Source of the DNA: an uncultured virus (IMG/VR IMGVR_UViG_3300046523_000170)
Lineage: Duplodnaviria; Heunggongvirae; Uroviricota; Caudoviricetes
Length of the DNA stretch: 64,000 nucleotides
Direction: 5' to 3' (one strand)
Virus record (IMG/VR): IMGVR_UViG_3300046523_000170
A program made the position numbers and the translations under genes. Below, one piece after another: positions 35,988 through 45,904 of this stretch (position 1 is the stretch's first letter; every line of letters begins with the position of its first letter). A model generated the notes under the pieces. The model did no database searches. It had not been told where the DNA came from and saw only the letters and a list, made by a program, of their open reading frames with translations.

Positions 35988-37004
35988 ATGCCCCAACCGA
36001 ATATGCAGCCCAAGGCTGCAGGACGAGTGCTGTCCGCTGAAAACGAACGCCTGCTTCGCGAAGCGCGCGACAACCTCGATGCTGTGCTTTCGCAGCTCGC
36101 CCAGGAGGATCCGCAGGACGCCAGCTCGTTCCGGCACCGCAACCGGATGGCGCTGAAGCCCGGGCATGTGCGTATCAACGCCGATGCCGGCGACAGCGAG
36201 GCCGAGATCCTGATCTACGGCGACATCGGCGGCGGCTGGTGGGATGAAGGTATTACCGGCGAATCGATCACGAGCCAGATCGCAGGCCTGGACGTCGACA
36301 CCATCAATGTGCGCATCAACAGTGGTGGTGGGCTCGTTTTTGAAGGCTTGGCGATCTACCAGGCGCTGGCTCGTCACACGTCTCACATCGTTGTCCACAT
36401 CGACAGCATCGCCGCCTCGATCGCCAGCGTGATCGCAATGGCCGGCGATGAGATCCGGATCAGCGAAGGCGCCAACCTGATGATCCACAAGCCATGGTCA
36501 GGAATGTGGGGCGACGCCGATGCCTTTCGCAAGGAGGCCGATGTCCTCGACCAGCTGCAGGCAGGCCTGATCAACATCTACGAAGCCCGGACCGGCGCCA
36601 AGCGCGCCGACCTCGAATCTTGGGTGAACGCCGAGACCTGGTTCCTCGGGCAAGCGGCGGTCGACGCCGGCTTCGCTGACACGATGGTCCCGGCCAAGAA
36701 GAAGAAAGCCGCCGCCTCGGCGATGCTGAACCACTTCAAAAACACCCCAAGCAATCTGCTGGCCTCGGCCGGCGGTCCTGAAATTCGCGAGTTCGAAGCC
36801 TTCCTCCGCGATGGAGAAGGGCTCTCGAACGCGCAAGCAAAGCGCATCGCAGCCGCTGCGATGTCGCGGGTGAATCGCGACGATTCGCCCGAACCGCCAG
36901 TAAAGCCCCTCCGTGATGGTGGGGACCCTGCGGATGAGCAGAACGCAGCCGCGCGCCGGCTTGCGCAAGGCATCAAACAACTTACCTCCACCATCAAGGA
37001 ATGA
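35988..37004 (+). CDS. ClpP-type prohead protease
   Basis: VRINSGGG, AASIASVIAMAGD, LMIHKPW, ETWF. Confidence 0.93.
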   Translation: MPQPNMQPKAAGRVLSAENERLLREARDNLDAVLSQLAQEDPQDASSFRHRNRMALKPGHVRINADAGDSEAEILIYGDIGGGWWDEGITGESITSQIAGLDVDTINVRINSGGGLVFEGLAIYQALARHTSHIVVHIDSIAASIASVIAMAGDEIRISEGANLMIHKPWSGMWGDADAFRKEADVLDQLQAGLINIYEARTGAKRADLESWVNAETWFLGQAAVDAGFADTMVPAKKKKAAASAMLNHFKNTPSNLLASAGGPEIREFEAFLRDGEGLSNAQAKRIAAAAMSRVNRDDSPEPPVKPLRDGGDPADEQNAAARRLAQGIKQLTSTIKE

Positions 37005-37006
37005 CC

Positions 37007-38233
37007 ATGGCAGACAAAGACGCCGTTCAAGAAGTAATGGAAGCGTTCACCGAGTTCAAACAGACGAACGATGCGAACCTGAAGAAGCAAAGCGCCGAGC
37101 TGAACGAAAAGCTCGACAAGATCAACAAGGTCTTCGACAAACACGAAGAAGGCAACCAGAAGTTGGTGCTGATCGAGCAGCAAAACAAGGCCATGCAGGA
37201 GCAACTGGATTCGATCGAGAAGATCGCCAACCGCGCGGGTCTGGGCGGCGCCTCCGACCCGCAGGCGAAAGCTGCGCAAGAATACATGGACGCGTTCAAC
37301 CGCGTGATGCGCAAATCGGCCGGCGACCGCGATCCGGCGGACATGCAGATGGTCCGCGAGCGCTCTGCGGCACTGGTCAAGGGCGACGATGCAAGTGCCG
37401 GCTACCTGCTGGCGCCGCCGGAGATGCAGAAGGAGATCATCAAGAACATCATCGAGATGACCCCGATCCGCGCGCTGGCAACCGTTCGCACGATCGGCTC
37501 CGACAGCCTGAAGATGCCGCGCAAGATCGGCAATGGCGCCGCTTCGCGCATCGGCGAGACGCAAAAGCGCACCAACACCGGCGACCCGGCCTATGGCGTG
37601 CTGCAGTTCTTCGCACCAGAGATGTTCGCGCGTATCGAGGTCTCGCAGCAGATGCTGGAAGACTCCGACTACGATCTGTTCGCCGAGCTGCGTGAAGATG
37701 CCGCCGACCAGTTCGCGGTGCGCGAAGGCGTCGAGTCGATCAGCGGCACCGGTGGCTCGGCCCAGATGGAAGGTATCTTGGTCAATCCCGATATCGGCTT
37801 CAGCAAGAGCGGCGACGCCAACCTGCTGACCGCTGACGGCATGCTGACCCTCTACAGCGATCTGAAAACCGCCTATGCCCGCAGCGCGATCTTCGGCCTG
37901 AACCGCAACACGCTGGGCCAGGTGCGCAAGCTCAAGGACTCCACCAATCAGTATCTGTGGGCTCCCGGCATCGCCAACGGCATGCCGAACACCATCCTCG
38001 GTGCCGCTTACGCCGAAATGGCTGACCTGCCGAATGTCGCGGCGAACGCGTGCCCGGTCGTCTTCGCCGACTGGAAAAAGCTGTATGTGATCGCTGACCG
38101 AGTGAACGTCTCGCTGCAGGCCGACTACACCACCGGCGCCGATGATGGCCTGGTTGTGTTCCGCGCACGTCGTCGCGTGGGTGGCGGCGTGCGCCAGGCC
38201 GAAGCCGGCCGCAAGCTGAAGATCGCAGCCTAA
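37007..38233 (+). CDS. HK97-fold major capsid protein
   Basis: N-terminal coiled-coil delta domain, VSQQMLEDS, KLKDSTNQYLW, RRVGGGV. Confidence 0.96.
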   Translation: MADKDAVQEVMEAFTEFKQTNDANLKKQSAELNEKLDKINKVFDKHEEGNQKLVLIEQQNKAMQEQLDSIEKIANRAGLGGASDPQAKAAQEYMDAFNRVMRKSAGDRDPADMQMVRERSAALVKGDDASAGYLLAPPEMQKEIIKNIIEMTPIRALATVRTIGSDSLKMPRKIGNGAASRIGETQKRTNTGDPAYGVLQFFAPEMFARIEVSQQMLEDSDYDLFAELREDAADQFAVREGVESISGTGGSAQMEGILVNPDIGFSKSGDANLLTADGMLTLYSDLKTAYARSAIFGLNRNTLGQVRKLKDSTNQYLWAPGIANGMPNTILGAAYAEMADLPNVAANACPVVFADWKKLYVIADRVNVSLQADYTTGADDGLVVFRARRRVGGGVRQAEAGRKLKIAA

Positions 38234-38295
38234 TCGCCAGCCAATCCCCGGCTACGTGCCGGGGAGCCTCGTAACCAATTCTCAAGGAATCGTCC

Positions 38296-38688
38296 ATGCG
38301 CGACCTGAAATCCAATATCAAGCCGGTCCAGTCCCTGATCCCGGCCACCCGCACCGCGGCCGCGAACGGCGCCGGCGTCGACTTGGCTGGCTACAACGCT
38401 GCTTCCGTCGTGTTCTCGAACGGCGCCATCGGCGGTACCGCTTCGCCAACCTTCACCTTCGAAGTGCAGGAAAGCGATGACAACACCACCTTCACCGCTG
38501 CCGCGGACAAAGACCTGCGTGGTGTCGAGCCGGTAATCACCGCGGCGAACCTGGTCTCCCAGGTGAGCTACATCGGCTACAAACGCTACATCCGCGCCAT
38601 CCTGAAAACGGTCGCCGGCACGACCCCGACCCTGGACTGCGCCGCTCACGTCATTCTCGGCAAACCGGCCAGCGCGCCGACCGCTTAA
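38296..38688 (+). CDS. Putative head decoration protein
   Basis: Follows capsid; NGAGVDLAGY..VQESDD..YIGYKRYIR. Confidence 0.7.
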   Translation: MRDLKSNIKPVQSLIPATRTAAANGAGVDLAGYNAASVVFSNGAIGGTASPTFTFEVQESDDNTTFTAAADKDLRGVEPVITAANLVSQVSYIGYKRYIRAILKTVAGTTPTLDCAAHVILGKPASAPTA

Positions 38689-38690
38689 AC

Positions 38691-38945
38691 ATGAAGATCC
38701 GCATGCTGAGCACCACTCCCGGATCTGTCGATGGCATCCGGGTTGCTACCTACGAGGCAGGCGTCGAATACGACCTGACCGGTTCGATCGGCGAGCGTGA
38801 CCTGGCGTCTGCCTTCCTCGGCGCAGATATGGCCGAAGCCGTAGGGGCGGGCGATGCTCCGAGCAACGCCGATGCCGATCCCGCCGGTGACGCAGACGAA
38901 GCTGCTCCGGCTCCAAAGCCTGGCCGCAAGCCCAAAGCGCAGTAA
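38691..38945 (+). CDS. Small head-associated hypothetical protein
   Basis: Position and composition. Confidence 0.65.
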   Translation: MKIRMLSTTPGSVDGIRVATYEAGVEYDLTGSIGERDLASAFLGADMAEAVGAGDAPSNADADPAGDADEAAPAPKPGRKPKAQ

Positions 38946-38949
38946 CTCC

Positions 38950-39129
38950 ATGAGCCCCGAAACCGTCGTCTGGCTCGCCAACGTGCGCGTCGAGGCCGCG
39001 GCTCCGGGCGCTCTTTTCGTCATCGTTCGCAGCAAAACTGCCTCGGTGGCGATTCCCCCTGAAGACATAGTCGGCAAGTCCGACGACGAGCTGCTGGCGT
39101 TTATCGCCGGCCGGCTCGCTGAACAATGA
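38950..39129 (+). CDS. Small hypothetical protein
   Basis: Operon packing. Confidence 0.5.
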   Translation: MSPETVVWLANVRVEAAAPGALFVIVRSKTASVAIPPEDIVGKSDDELLAFIAGRLAEQ

Positions 39130-39138
39130 AAGGCCGCC

Positions 39139-39624
39139 ATGGCAATCCAACCGACCGATATCGTGTTTCGCCTTTCTGGCGGCGCCAGTAATTCCAACCT
39201 GACTGCTTCGCTGGGCGGCGTAAAGTCTTCGACCGTTGTCCCCGTAACGGCGACCGGCCATTTCGACACCGTAACCGGAGCGGAGTCTACGGCAGGCGAC
39301 GTCGAATACCGCTGCGTCTATTTGCATAACAACAGCTCTCAGACCCTGATCGGTGCCTATGTCGCGGTCCAGTCTGACACGCCGGAGGGATCCACCACGA
39401 TTGCTGTGGGTGTCGGTACCAGCGCCGTGAATGGCACCGAGCAGACGGTAGCCGACGAGAACACCGCGCCGGCCGGCGTGACCTTCGGCGCTTCCGCGAC
39501 GTTGGGCGACATTCCGGCCGTCTCAGCTCGCGCCGTCTGGATTCGGCGCATCACGGCGGCCGGCGCCGTCGCGGTCACCGGCACGCAGTACACCTTGCGC
39601 CCTGGCGGCGATACCGCGGCTTAA
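39139..39624 (+). CDS. Putative virion structural protein
   Basis: FRLSGGASN..SLGG..AGDVEYRCVYLHN..AVWIRR; Thr/Gly/Ala-rich. Confidence 0.75.
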   Translation: MAIQPTDIVFRLSGGASNSNLTASLGGVKSSTVVPVTATGHFDTVTGAESTAGDVEYRCVYLHNNSSQTLIGAYVAVQSDTPEGSTTIAVGVGTSAVNGTEQTVADENTAPAGVTFGASATLGDIPAVSARAVWIRRITAAGAVAVTGTQYTLRPGGDTAA

Positions 39625-39636
39625 TCAGGGGAAGAT

Positions 39637-41403
39637 ATGGCCAATAAGGGCGCACTAACCCTCGCGTCGACGTTCGCGCTGCCGGCCAACGCCAAGCCGT
39701 ACGGTTCCGCGACGTACAGCAATAATCTGTACGTCGTCGATAACACCAGCGGGGCATCGCTGGTCTATCAGCTCGCCATCGATCCAAGTACCGGCGCCCC
39801 GTCCCAAATTCCAGGCAAGGCGCTGAGCCTGCCGGCCGGCAGTCTGTCCCGATGGGTGGCGGTTGCGCCGGACGGCAAAAACGTCTACGTGCTATCGACC
39901 GGCGGCTCAGGCGTCTTTATCTTCACGCGCGACCTGACAGATGGCTCGCTGACATTCTTCGGGAATCTGGCGAACACGAACAGCTACATGGCTGTGCCAA
40001 ACGGCATTGCGATTTCGCCGGACAATAATCACGTCTACATTACTTGCCGCGACACTGGGCGCGTTCTTCAGCTGCTTCGCAATACCTCGACCGGTGCGCT
40101 TAGCTTTCTTGGAACGCCTTACGTCATAACGGCAGCAACCAGCCCCCAGAATTGCCAGGGCATCGCCATAACGGTGGACGGAACTGGTGTCTACGTATGC
40201 TCGACCAACGCCCTGTATTGCTTCACGCGCGACCCGGTCACCGGGCTTCTGTCACCCGCGCCTACGCCGTCCATTGCTACGTCGTCTAGCTTCCCTGACG
40301 CCGTGGCCATCACCGATGATGGCCTGTTTGTGTATGTAGCAGCGGACAGCGGTAACCAGTTTACCGATTGCTTCCCGCGCAGCTCCGATAATAGCCTCGG
40401 TACCAAGCTGACTCCCCCGGGCAACACGTCGGACAATAACGGCGGCCCCTGGGGGCTCGCGCTATCGAAAGATGCCGGCAACACCACCGTCTATGTCGCG
40501 ATTAGCGACGTACAGAAGATCGCGCAGTACAACCGCAACACGACATCTGGAGCGCTGACGTTCAAGACGCCTGGCTCCGTCACCACATCGAATCGAGGCC
40601 TGGCATCGCCGCAGGGTGGCGGTGGCGGCGGTCCATACAGCGTTACGGTCAGCGGTGACAACAAATATTTATTTGCCACCGCGATGGGGACCGGCGCCGT
40701 CGACGTCTTCATGATCGACCAGGGCGTTGTCGCGACTACGCCGGTCTACCAGGATTACATCGGCACGTTCGACGTCCTGGCACCGGTCTACCGCGATTTC
40801 ACCGGCACCTTTGATGTACGTGCGAGCGTGTTCCGCGACTACGTCGGGACATTCGACGTGCTGGCCAAGGTCTCGCGCGACTTCGTCGGCACCTTCGACG
40901 TGCGGCAGCAGGTCTTCCGTGACTTTGTCGGGACGTTCGACGTCGCGGGTGTGGCGGGCCCCATCGATGTATCAAAAATATCCCCGGCGCGCATCGTCGT
41001 CTTCGAAGGCAGCGGAAGCCGGGTTGTCGTGTTTGAGGGCAGCGGCCCGAGAGTGAGGTTTGATCAGATGAGTGCAATAGAGCCCACCAAAGTCGGCGAC
41101 AAGTGGATCTGCAACCGCGACCCGGACGAGGAAAGCCACTACGCAGCTGACATCACCCAGGAACTAGCCGATCGGAACACGACCGCGCTCAGCGTGGTGC
41201 TGGTGCTCGTTGGCGTGGCGCAAATCGAGGAGCCGACCATTCAGGTGGCCACAATTGCCGGTGTCCAGAAGACCTATGTGGTCGCGTTCCTCGGTGGCGT
41301 TCAAGGCGATCCGCCAGCAGACTGGAAATGGGTCGCCCGGGTGCGTTGCGCCAACGGCGAGCGGTTCGACAAAACCACCTGGTTCAACAAGGTGGACCCC
41401 TGA
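39637..41403 (+). CDS. Beta-propeller (lactonase/YVTN-like) virion fibre protein with repeat stalk and C-terminal adaptor
   Basis: Repeated (V/I)A(V/I)xPDG-x2-VYV..F-x-RD..G-x-L blades, five 14-aa repeats, RDPDE..Y C-terminal domain. Confidence 0.75.
   Translation: MANKGALTLASTFALPANAKPYGSATYSNNLYVVDNTSGASLVYQLAIDPSTGAPSQIPGKALSLPAGSLSRWVAVAPDGKNVYVLSTGGSGVFIFTRDLTDGSLTFFGNLANTNSYMAVPNGIAISPDNNHVYITCRDTGRVLQLLRNTSTGALSFLGTPYVITAATSPQNCQGIAITVDGTGVYVCSTNALYCFTRDPVTGLLSPAPTPSIATSSSFPDAVAITDDGLFVYVAADSGNQFTDCFPRSSDNSLGTKLTPPGNTSDNNGGPWGLALSKDAGNTTVYVAISDVQKIAQYNRNTTSGALTFKTPGSVTTSNRGLASPQGGGGGGPYSVTVSGDNKYLFATAMGTGAVDVFMIDQGVVATTPVYQDYIGTFDVLAPVYRDFTGTFDVRASVFRDYVGTFDVLAKVSRDFVGTFDVRQQVFRDFVGTFDVAGVAGPIDVSKISPARIVVFEGSGSRVVVFEGSGPRVRFDQMSAIEPTKVGDKWICNRDPDEESHYAADITQELADRNTTALSVVLVLVGVAQIEEPTIQVATIAGVQKTYVVAFLGGVQGDPPADWKWVARVRCANGERFDKTTWFNKVDP
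40744..40944 (+). repeat. 42-bp (14-aa) degenerate coding repeat x5
   Basis: V-x-RD(F/Y)-x-GTFDV repeated. Confidence 0.88.
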
Positions 41404-41666
41404 TGATCAACATCGCCGATCTCCCAGCGGTGCGCGACCAGTTCGAGCGCGCAGCAGCAGCTTCGAAAGAGCAGTGCGCAGCACCAACTGCTGATGTGGC
41501 TGATGCCTGCGCGCCGCCGGGGTACAGCGTAGCCGATCTGCCCGCGGTGAAGGCTCAGCTTTTGCGCGAGCCGGTGCCCGCCGTCGAATACGCTCGAGCG
41601 CCCGATGGGCCAGGTTACCAGGTCGCGAACGGCCGGCCACCGGCAATGCAAAGGAACTCCAGATGA
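41403..41666 (+). CDS. Hypothetical protein
   Basis: Internal ADLPAV duplication, overlaps neighbours. Confidence 0.6.
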   Translation: MINIADLPAVRDQFERAAAASKEQCAAPTADVADACAPPGYSVADLPAVKAQLLREPVPAVEYARAPDGPGYQVANGRPPAMQRNSR

Positions 41667-42223
41667 GCATACGACTGATCACACCTCCAGCAGCACCGGC
41701 GGTGTCGATGGAAGCTGCGCGGCGTTCGGCGCGTGTCGATGTCGATGAGAATGGCGTTTCGGCCCTGGACGACGACATTGCACGCGAGGCACGGACATAT
41801 ACCCGTGACGCGGAGCACAAGACGGCGCGGGCGTTCATTGAGCAGACCTGGGAGGTCGCGCTGGATGCATTCCCGGGCGCGATCCAGTTGCCCAAGTCGC
41901 CGGTTATCGGCGTCGAGCACGTCAAGTTCTACGACCCGAGCGGCGTCCTGCAAACCCTCGACCCGCAAGACTATCTCGTCGATGACAAGAGCGAGCCCGG
42001 GTACATCGTGCCAGCGCCGGGCAAGGCCTGGCCAGCGACCGCAGCGCGCATCAATGCCGTCGAAGTGCAGTTCACCTGCGGTTACGGACCTACCGATGCG
42101 GATGTGCCGGATGAGGCCAAGAGCTACATTCTGGCGCGCTTGAACCAGTACTTCGCGCCGGTGGCGAACGCAAAAGAGGCGAACTTCGAGCGCCTCTTGG
42201 ATGGGTTGATGGTGTACTTGTGA
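41663..42223 (+). CDS. Head-tail connector (gp6-like)
   Basis: LITPPAAPAVS..RAFIEQTWEVALDAFP..NAVEVQFTCGYG. Confidence 0.88.
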   Translation: MSIRLITPPAAPAVSMEAARRSARVDVDENGVSALDDDIAREARTYTRDAEHKTARAFIEQTWEVALDAFPGAIQLPKSPVIGVEHVKFYDPSGVLQTLDPQDYLVDDKSEPGYIVPAPGKAWPATAARINAVEVQFTCGYGPTDADVPDEAKSYILARLNQYFAPVANAKEANFERLLDGLMVYL

Positions 42224-42528
42224 TGAACCACAGAGTCACGTTGCTACGTCGGGAGCCGAGTAAGGACGCCGCGGGCCAGCCCACAGAAAGCTGGTCAGGG
42301 GTTGCCACCGTCTGGGCTAACGTTCTATTCGAAACCGGCGCTCAAGTGCTGCGCGCGAACCTCCTGGTGAACGTAAGGCGGGCCTCGATACGGATCCGTG
42401 CGCGAGCCGACGTCGACAGCACGATGCGCGTGCAATACCTCGGCGAGGAGTACGAGATAAAAGGGCCGCCACTACCGGACTCCAATGATCGTCAGTTCAT
42501 GTTTCTGGTCTGCGAGAGCGTGAAATGA
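42220..42528 (+). CDS. Head closure protein
   Basis: HRVTL..DAAGQP..W..VATVWANV..IRIR. Confidence 0.85.
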   Translation: MMNHRVTLLRREPSKDAAGQPTESWSGVATVWANVLFETGAQVLRANLLVNVRRASIRIRARADVDSTMRVQYLGEEYEIKGPPLPDSNDRQFMFLVCESVK

Positions 42529-43040
42529 TCGAGTTCGACACTTCCCGCTTTGAAACCGAATTCGCGACCGCATTGTCCAGGCTCGATGATGCGGTGGGCG
42601 AGGACGTACTGCGGGTAACCGGTTTTGCCGGCGCCGAGATCTTCCGCGAGGAGGCAAAGCGTAACGCCGCCAGGCACGCGAAGACTTGGACGATCCACGA
42701 CAACATCATTGTCAAGCGCCTGACAGAGGACTCGGACGGGAAGATCCGGCAGGTCTACCTTGTAACGGTCCGGGAGGGTGGATACGGTGGCGATGATGCC
42801 TTCTATTGGAAGTGGGTGGAGAAGGGCCACAAGTTTGTCCCAGAGAACACCAACTACGGCAAGCGAGGCCGAAAGGTCGGGTGGAAATCCCATCGCGCCG
42901 CTGCTCTACTGGAGTATGGCGACGCCACCGTACCGGCTTACCCGTTCATGCGCCCAGCCTATGAGAGCAAAAAACAGGAGGCTGTAGACGTCATGACACA
43001 AAGGCTGATCCAACTCTTACTGGCGAATGCATCCCAATGA
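42525..43040 (+). CDS. HK97 gp10-like tail completion protein
   Basis: AFYWKWVEKGH..PAYPFMRPAYE. Confidence 0.88.
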   Translation: MIEFDTSRFETEFATALSRLDDAVGEDVLRVTGFAGAEIFREEAKRNAARHAKTWTIHDNIIVKRLTEDSDGKIRQVYLVTVREGGYGGDDAFYWKWVEKGHKFVPENTNYGKRGRKVGWKSHRAAALLEYGDATVPAYPFMRPAYESKKQEAVDVMTQRLIQLLLANASQ

Positions 43041-43387
43041 CGATCGAAGCTCAAGTCTATGAAGTGCTGAAAAGCCTCGCCGGCGGGCGCATCTACCCTG
43101 ACGTCGCACCCGAAGGAGAGCCTGTCCCGTACATCACATATCAAGCCGTCGGCGGCGAGCCGATCAACTTCCTGAGCGGCGAGGCGCCAGGTAAGACCAA
43201 CACGCGCATGCAACTCAACGTGTGGGCCGCTACCCGCCTCGTGGCGTCGGAGATCGGTGCCCAAGTCGAAGATGCGGTCCGCGCTGCAGTCGACCTCCAG
43301 CCCGAGGTTCTTACCGGCCGCGTTGCCACTTACGACGAAACAACTCAGTACCGCGGGACCATGCAGGACTTCAGCCTCTGGCTGTAG
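43037..43387 (+). CDS. Tail terminator (DUF3168-like)
   Basis: GRIYPDVAP..PYITYQ..RMQLNVWA. Confidence 0.85.
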   Translation: MTIEAQVYEVLKSLAGGRIYPDVAPEGEPVPYITYQAVGGEPINFLSGEAPGKTNTRMQLNVWAATRLVASEIGAQVEDAVRAAVDLQPEVLTGRVATYDETTQYRGTMQDFSLWL

Positions 43388-43481
43388 CGTTGCGCATCAC
43401 CTAAACCGAGCCGCGCCGAGAAATACGGGCGGCTTTTTTCATGCCCGGGCTCCGGGCTTTTTACTTGAAAGGCCCATATCA

Positions 43482-44129
43482 ATGGCAATTTCTGTCCCTA
43501 ACGGCGCCGCCTTCGCGGTTGCTTCGGCATACGCTGCGGCTATTTCGGTCTCGGCTGCGACCAACGCCTCGGAGTGCGTGCTGACCACTGCTGCCAATAC
43601 CTACGCGGTCGGCGACTTCCTGGAGTTCACCAGCACCTGGTCGCGCGCCAATGGCCGCGTCTTCCGCGTGAAGACCGCCACCGGTACGACTGTGACCCTG
43701 GAGGGCTTCGACACCACGTCCACCAAAATCTTCCCAGCCGGCGCCGGCACGGGCTCGGTGCGCAAGATCTCGACCTGGGTGCCGATCCCGTTCATGAAGG
43801 CGTTCGAAGTCTCCGGCGGGGATCCGAAGTACAACACCGAAGAGTTCCTCGACTACCCGGATGAGATCCAAGTGCCGAACGGCTTCTCGGCGACGTCGGT
43901 CACGATGACCATCGCAGACGACCAGACCTTGCCGCACCACGCTGTGCTGCAGTCGGCCACCGATAACCAGACCCAAACCGCCGTCCGCGCAGTTCTGCCA
44001 ACCGGCGCGACGCTGCTTTACTCGGGCCTGATGGGCTTTAATCCCACCCCATCGATGGGCAAGGGTAACGCCATGGTCGTGAAGTGCGGCATGGCGCTTC
44101 AGGGCCGCCCGGTCCGTTACGCCTCGTAA
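43482..44129 (+). CDS. Major tail tube protein
   Basis: MAISVPNG..LEGFDTT..GSVRKISTW; position. Confidence 0.88.
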   Translation: MAISVPNGAAFAVASAYAAAISVSAATNASECVLTTAANTYAVGDFLEFTSTWSRANGRVFRVKTATGTTVTLEGFDTTSTKIFPAGAGTGSVRKISTWVPIPFMKAFEVSGGDPKYNTEEFLDYPDEIQVPNGFSATSVTMTIADDQTLPHHAVLQSATDNQTQTAVRAVLPTGATLLYSGLMGFNPTPSMGKGNAMVVKCGMALQGRPVRYAS

Positions 44130-44233
44130 GTGTGTTGCCAGGTCGGCGCCTAACAGGCGCGGTGCCGGCCTTTTCCAGCCTGCGGGGTCGCCCCTCGCAG
44201 GTCTTTTTATTCCGATTCCGAAAGAGAATAACC

Positions 44234-44662
44234 ATGGCACAGAAAATCAAGCTGGGCGCCCGCCCGAAATCGTTCGCTCGTACCATCACCTTCGCGATGG
44301 TGGAGGGCGGCGAGGGCAGCATGGAGCTGACGTACAAATACCGCAGCCGCAAGGAGCTCGCCAAGCTGACCGACGAGGTGCAAGCCGCCGCCCAGGCGCA
44401 GCACGAAGCCGATATCGCTTCGATCAAGTCGAAGGCCGACAAAGGCGAGTCGATCGAGCCGCTGAAGCAGGTCGACATGCTGGATCGCGACGTCTCCCTG
44501 CAGGTGGACTACCTGATGCAGGTCGTCGAAGGTTGGAACCTGGACGAGAAGTTCGATCGCGCCGCGGTCGAGCAGCTGGCCGACGAAGTGCCGGCCGCCA
44601 TCTCGGCCGCAATCGAGACCTATCGCAAGGCCATCAACGAAGGCCGCCTGGGAAACTCGTAA
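44234..44662 (+). CDS. Tail assembly chaperone (gpG-like)
   Basis: Ends EGRLGNS with slippery GGGAAAC. Confidence 0.88.
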   Translation: MAQKIKLGARPKSFARTITFAMVEGGEGSMELTYKYRSRKELAKLTDEVQAAAQAQHEADIASIKSKADKGESIEPLKQVDMLDRDVSLQVDYLMQVVEGWNLDEKFDRAAVEQLADEVPAAISAAIETYRKAINEGRLGNS

Positions 44663-44970
44663 GCGCCTCTCGGGCCATGTACACGCCGGCGCCGAGCGAG
44701 CATGAGATCGCGGCGGCCGGCATGTTGCCCGAGGATATGGAGTGCGAAGCGGTCGAGCTATGGCCCGAGAACGAGCGGGCCTACTTCCTCTTCCTCGACT
44801 TACAGACGCAATGGCGAGTAGGGATGGGCGGCGCGACCGGCTTAGACTACCTGGTGCTGTTCGCCAAGCTCGACCGCATGAAGCTGTCGGACGAAGAGGC
44901 GGACGAGCTCGAGCAGGATATTCGGGCTATGGAGCACGAAGCCCTGCGGGTGATGGCTGAGAAGGAGTGA
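44650..44970 (+). CDS. Frameshifted chaperone extension (gpT/DUF1799-like)
   Basis: -1 frame relative to gpG; ELWPEN..TQWRVGMGGATGLDY. Confidence 0.85.
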   Translation, partial: GKLVSASRAMYTPAPSEHEIAAAGMLPEDMECEAVELWPENERAYFLFLDLQTQWRVGMGGATGLDYLVLFAKLDRMKLSDEEADELEQDIRAMEHEALRVMAEKE

Positions 44971-44977
44971 TGGAGAG

Positions 44978-45277
44978 ATGAGTGCAACTTCGTTGTCCGC
45001 TGGGTCGGAAGAAAACCTACGCCGCGCTCGAGTTAAGGCAAAGTGGTCAATGCGGCACTACCGCAGAGAATACGGCAGCTACACCAAGAATGATTTGATC
45101 CACTCAGTCCGGATGGCCGGCTGGCTGTTCGAGCGCATCCGCGTCGAAGGCCCAGCGCTCTCGCTTCAGCACTTGGAATGCATGCAGGACCACTTACTTT
45201 TGAAGCTTGCGGTGGTCGAGCTTGCACTCACAGAGATTGTTAGCTGTCCCGCTCCAACTGATAGATGTAGTACGTAA
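44978..45277 (+). CDS. Hypothetical protein
   Basis: GGAGA RBS; convergent overlap with the moron gene. Confidence 0.45.
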   Translation: MSATSLSAGSEENLRRARVKAKWSMRHYRREYGSYTKNDLIHSVRMAGWLFERIRVEGPALSLQHLECMQDHLLLKLAVVELALTEIVSCPAPTDRCST

Positions 45278-45614
45278 TCTCGCCCAGGACCGTGTGTATC
45301 CCTGAGCGCCACTTCTGGCTTGATGGATTAGTATCGGTGCGCAGCATGAACCTCGCCGAAGCTTCGCGCATCGCAGGGTCGAAAAAAGCCGATTCGTAGA
45401 TCGTTTGCGGGGCTCGATCATCGTTGATCTTTCCGCGCTTCGCCGCAGCCTTGATGTCCGCTTTAAGATCGACCGTCCTCGCGCGGAGATTGTCTTCCAT
45501 CCAGGGCGCCAACTTTGGCCCGTTGCCGGCATCGTGAAGCATCTCATTGATGCGGGTTTCAAAGGCTTGTAAGGCTGTGAGGACGCGCTTAGCCTCTTCG
45601 GAATCGAAGTCCAT
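45240..45614 (-). CDS. Moron hypothetical protein
   Basis: Helical 124-aa ORF directly downstream of the Cas2-like gene. Confidence 0.65.
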   Translation of the reverse strand: MDFDSEEAKRVLTALQAFETRINEMLHDAGNGPKLAPWMEDNLRARTVDLKADIKAAAKRGKINDDRAPQTIYESAFFDPAMREASARFMLRTDTNPSSQKWRSGIHTVLGEITYYIYQLERDS

Positions 45615-45622
45615 AACGGCTT

Positions 45623-45904
45623 TCAGCGGTACCACTGTTCCTGCATATGTTTAACGACGTCTGCAGGAAGGTTGAAGGAGTAAAAGTTGTTTCCGGTGGC
45701 GTCAATAACGATGAGCTTATCGTTAGCGGTCATAGATGACCAAACGTGCTTGGCCGCTTGCTCCGCATTCAAAACGCTCTTGACGTAAAACATCGAGTAC
45801 TCAAGCTTAGCCCAACTCCCGAGTGACTTAACTGCTTCGGTGACTTTCGCGTAGTCCCTGTCCGGAGCAATCAGGTCATACGAAACGAAAAGATTGTTTG
45901 CCAC
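45623..45904 (-). CDS. Small Cas2/VapD-like ferredoxin-fold protein
   Basis: GGAGG RBS + GTG; LFVSYDL..DY..VKSLG.W..SMFYV..DKLIVID. Confidence 0.7.
   Translation of the reverse strand: MANNLFVSYDLIAPDRDYAKVTEAVKSLGSWAKLEYSMFYVKSVLNAEQAAKHVWSSMTANDKLIVIDATGNNFYSFNLPADVVKHMQEQWYR

Noticed and set aside
40744..40944. Possible CRISPR or DGR template/variable repeats
   Set aside because: Degenerate in-frame 14-aa repeats with synonymous variation; no reverse transcriptase in the window and no adenine-specific pattern
45623..45904. CRISPR-Cas locus suggested by the Cas2-like ORF
   Set aside because: No cas1, effector genes or repeat-spacer array nearby
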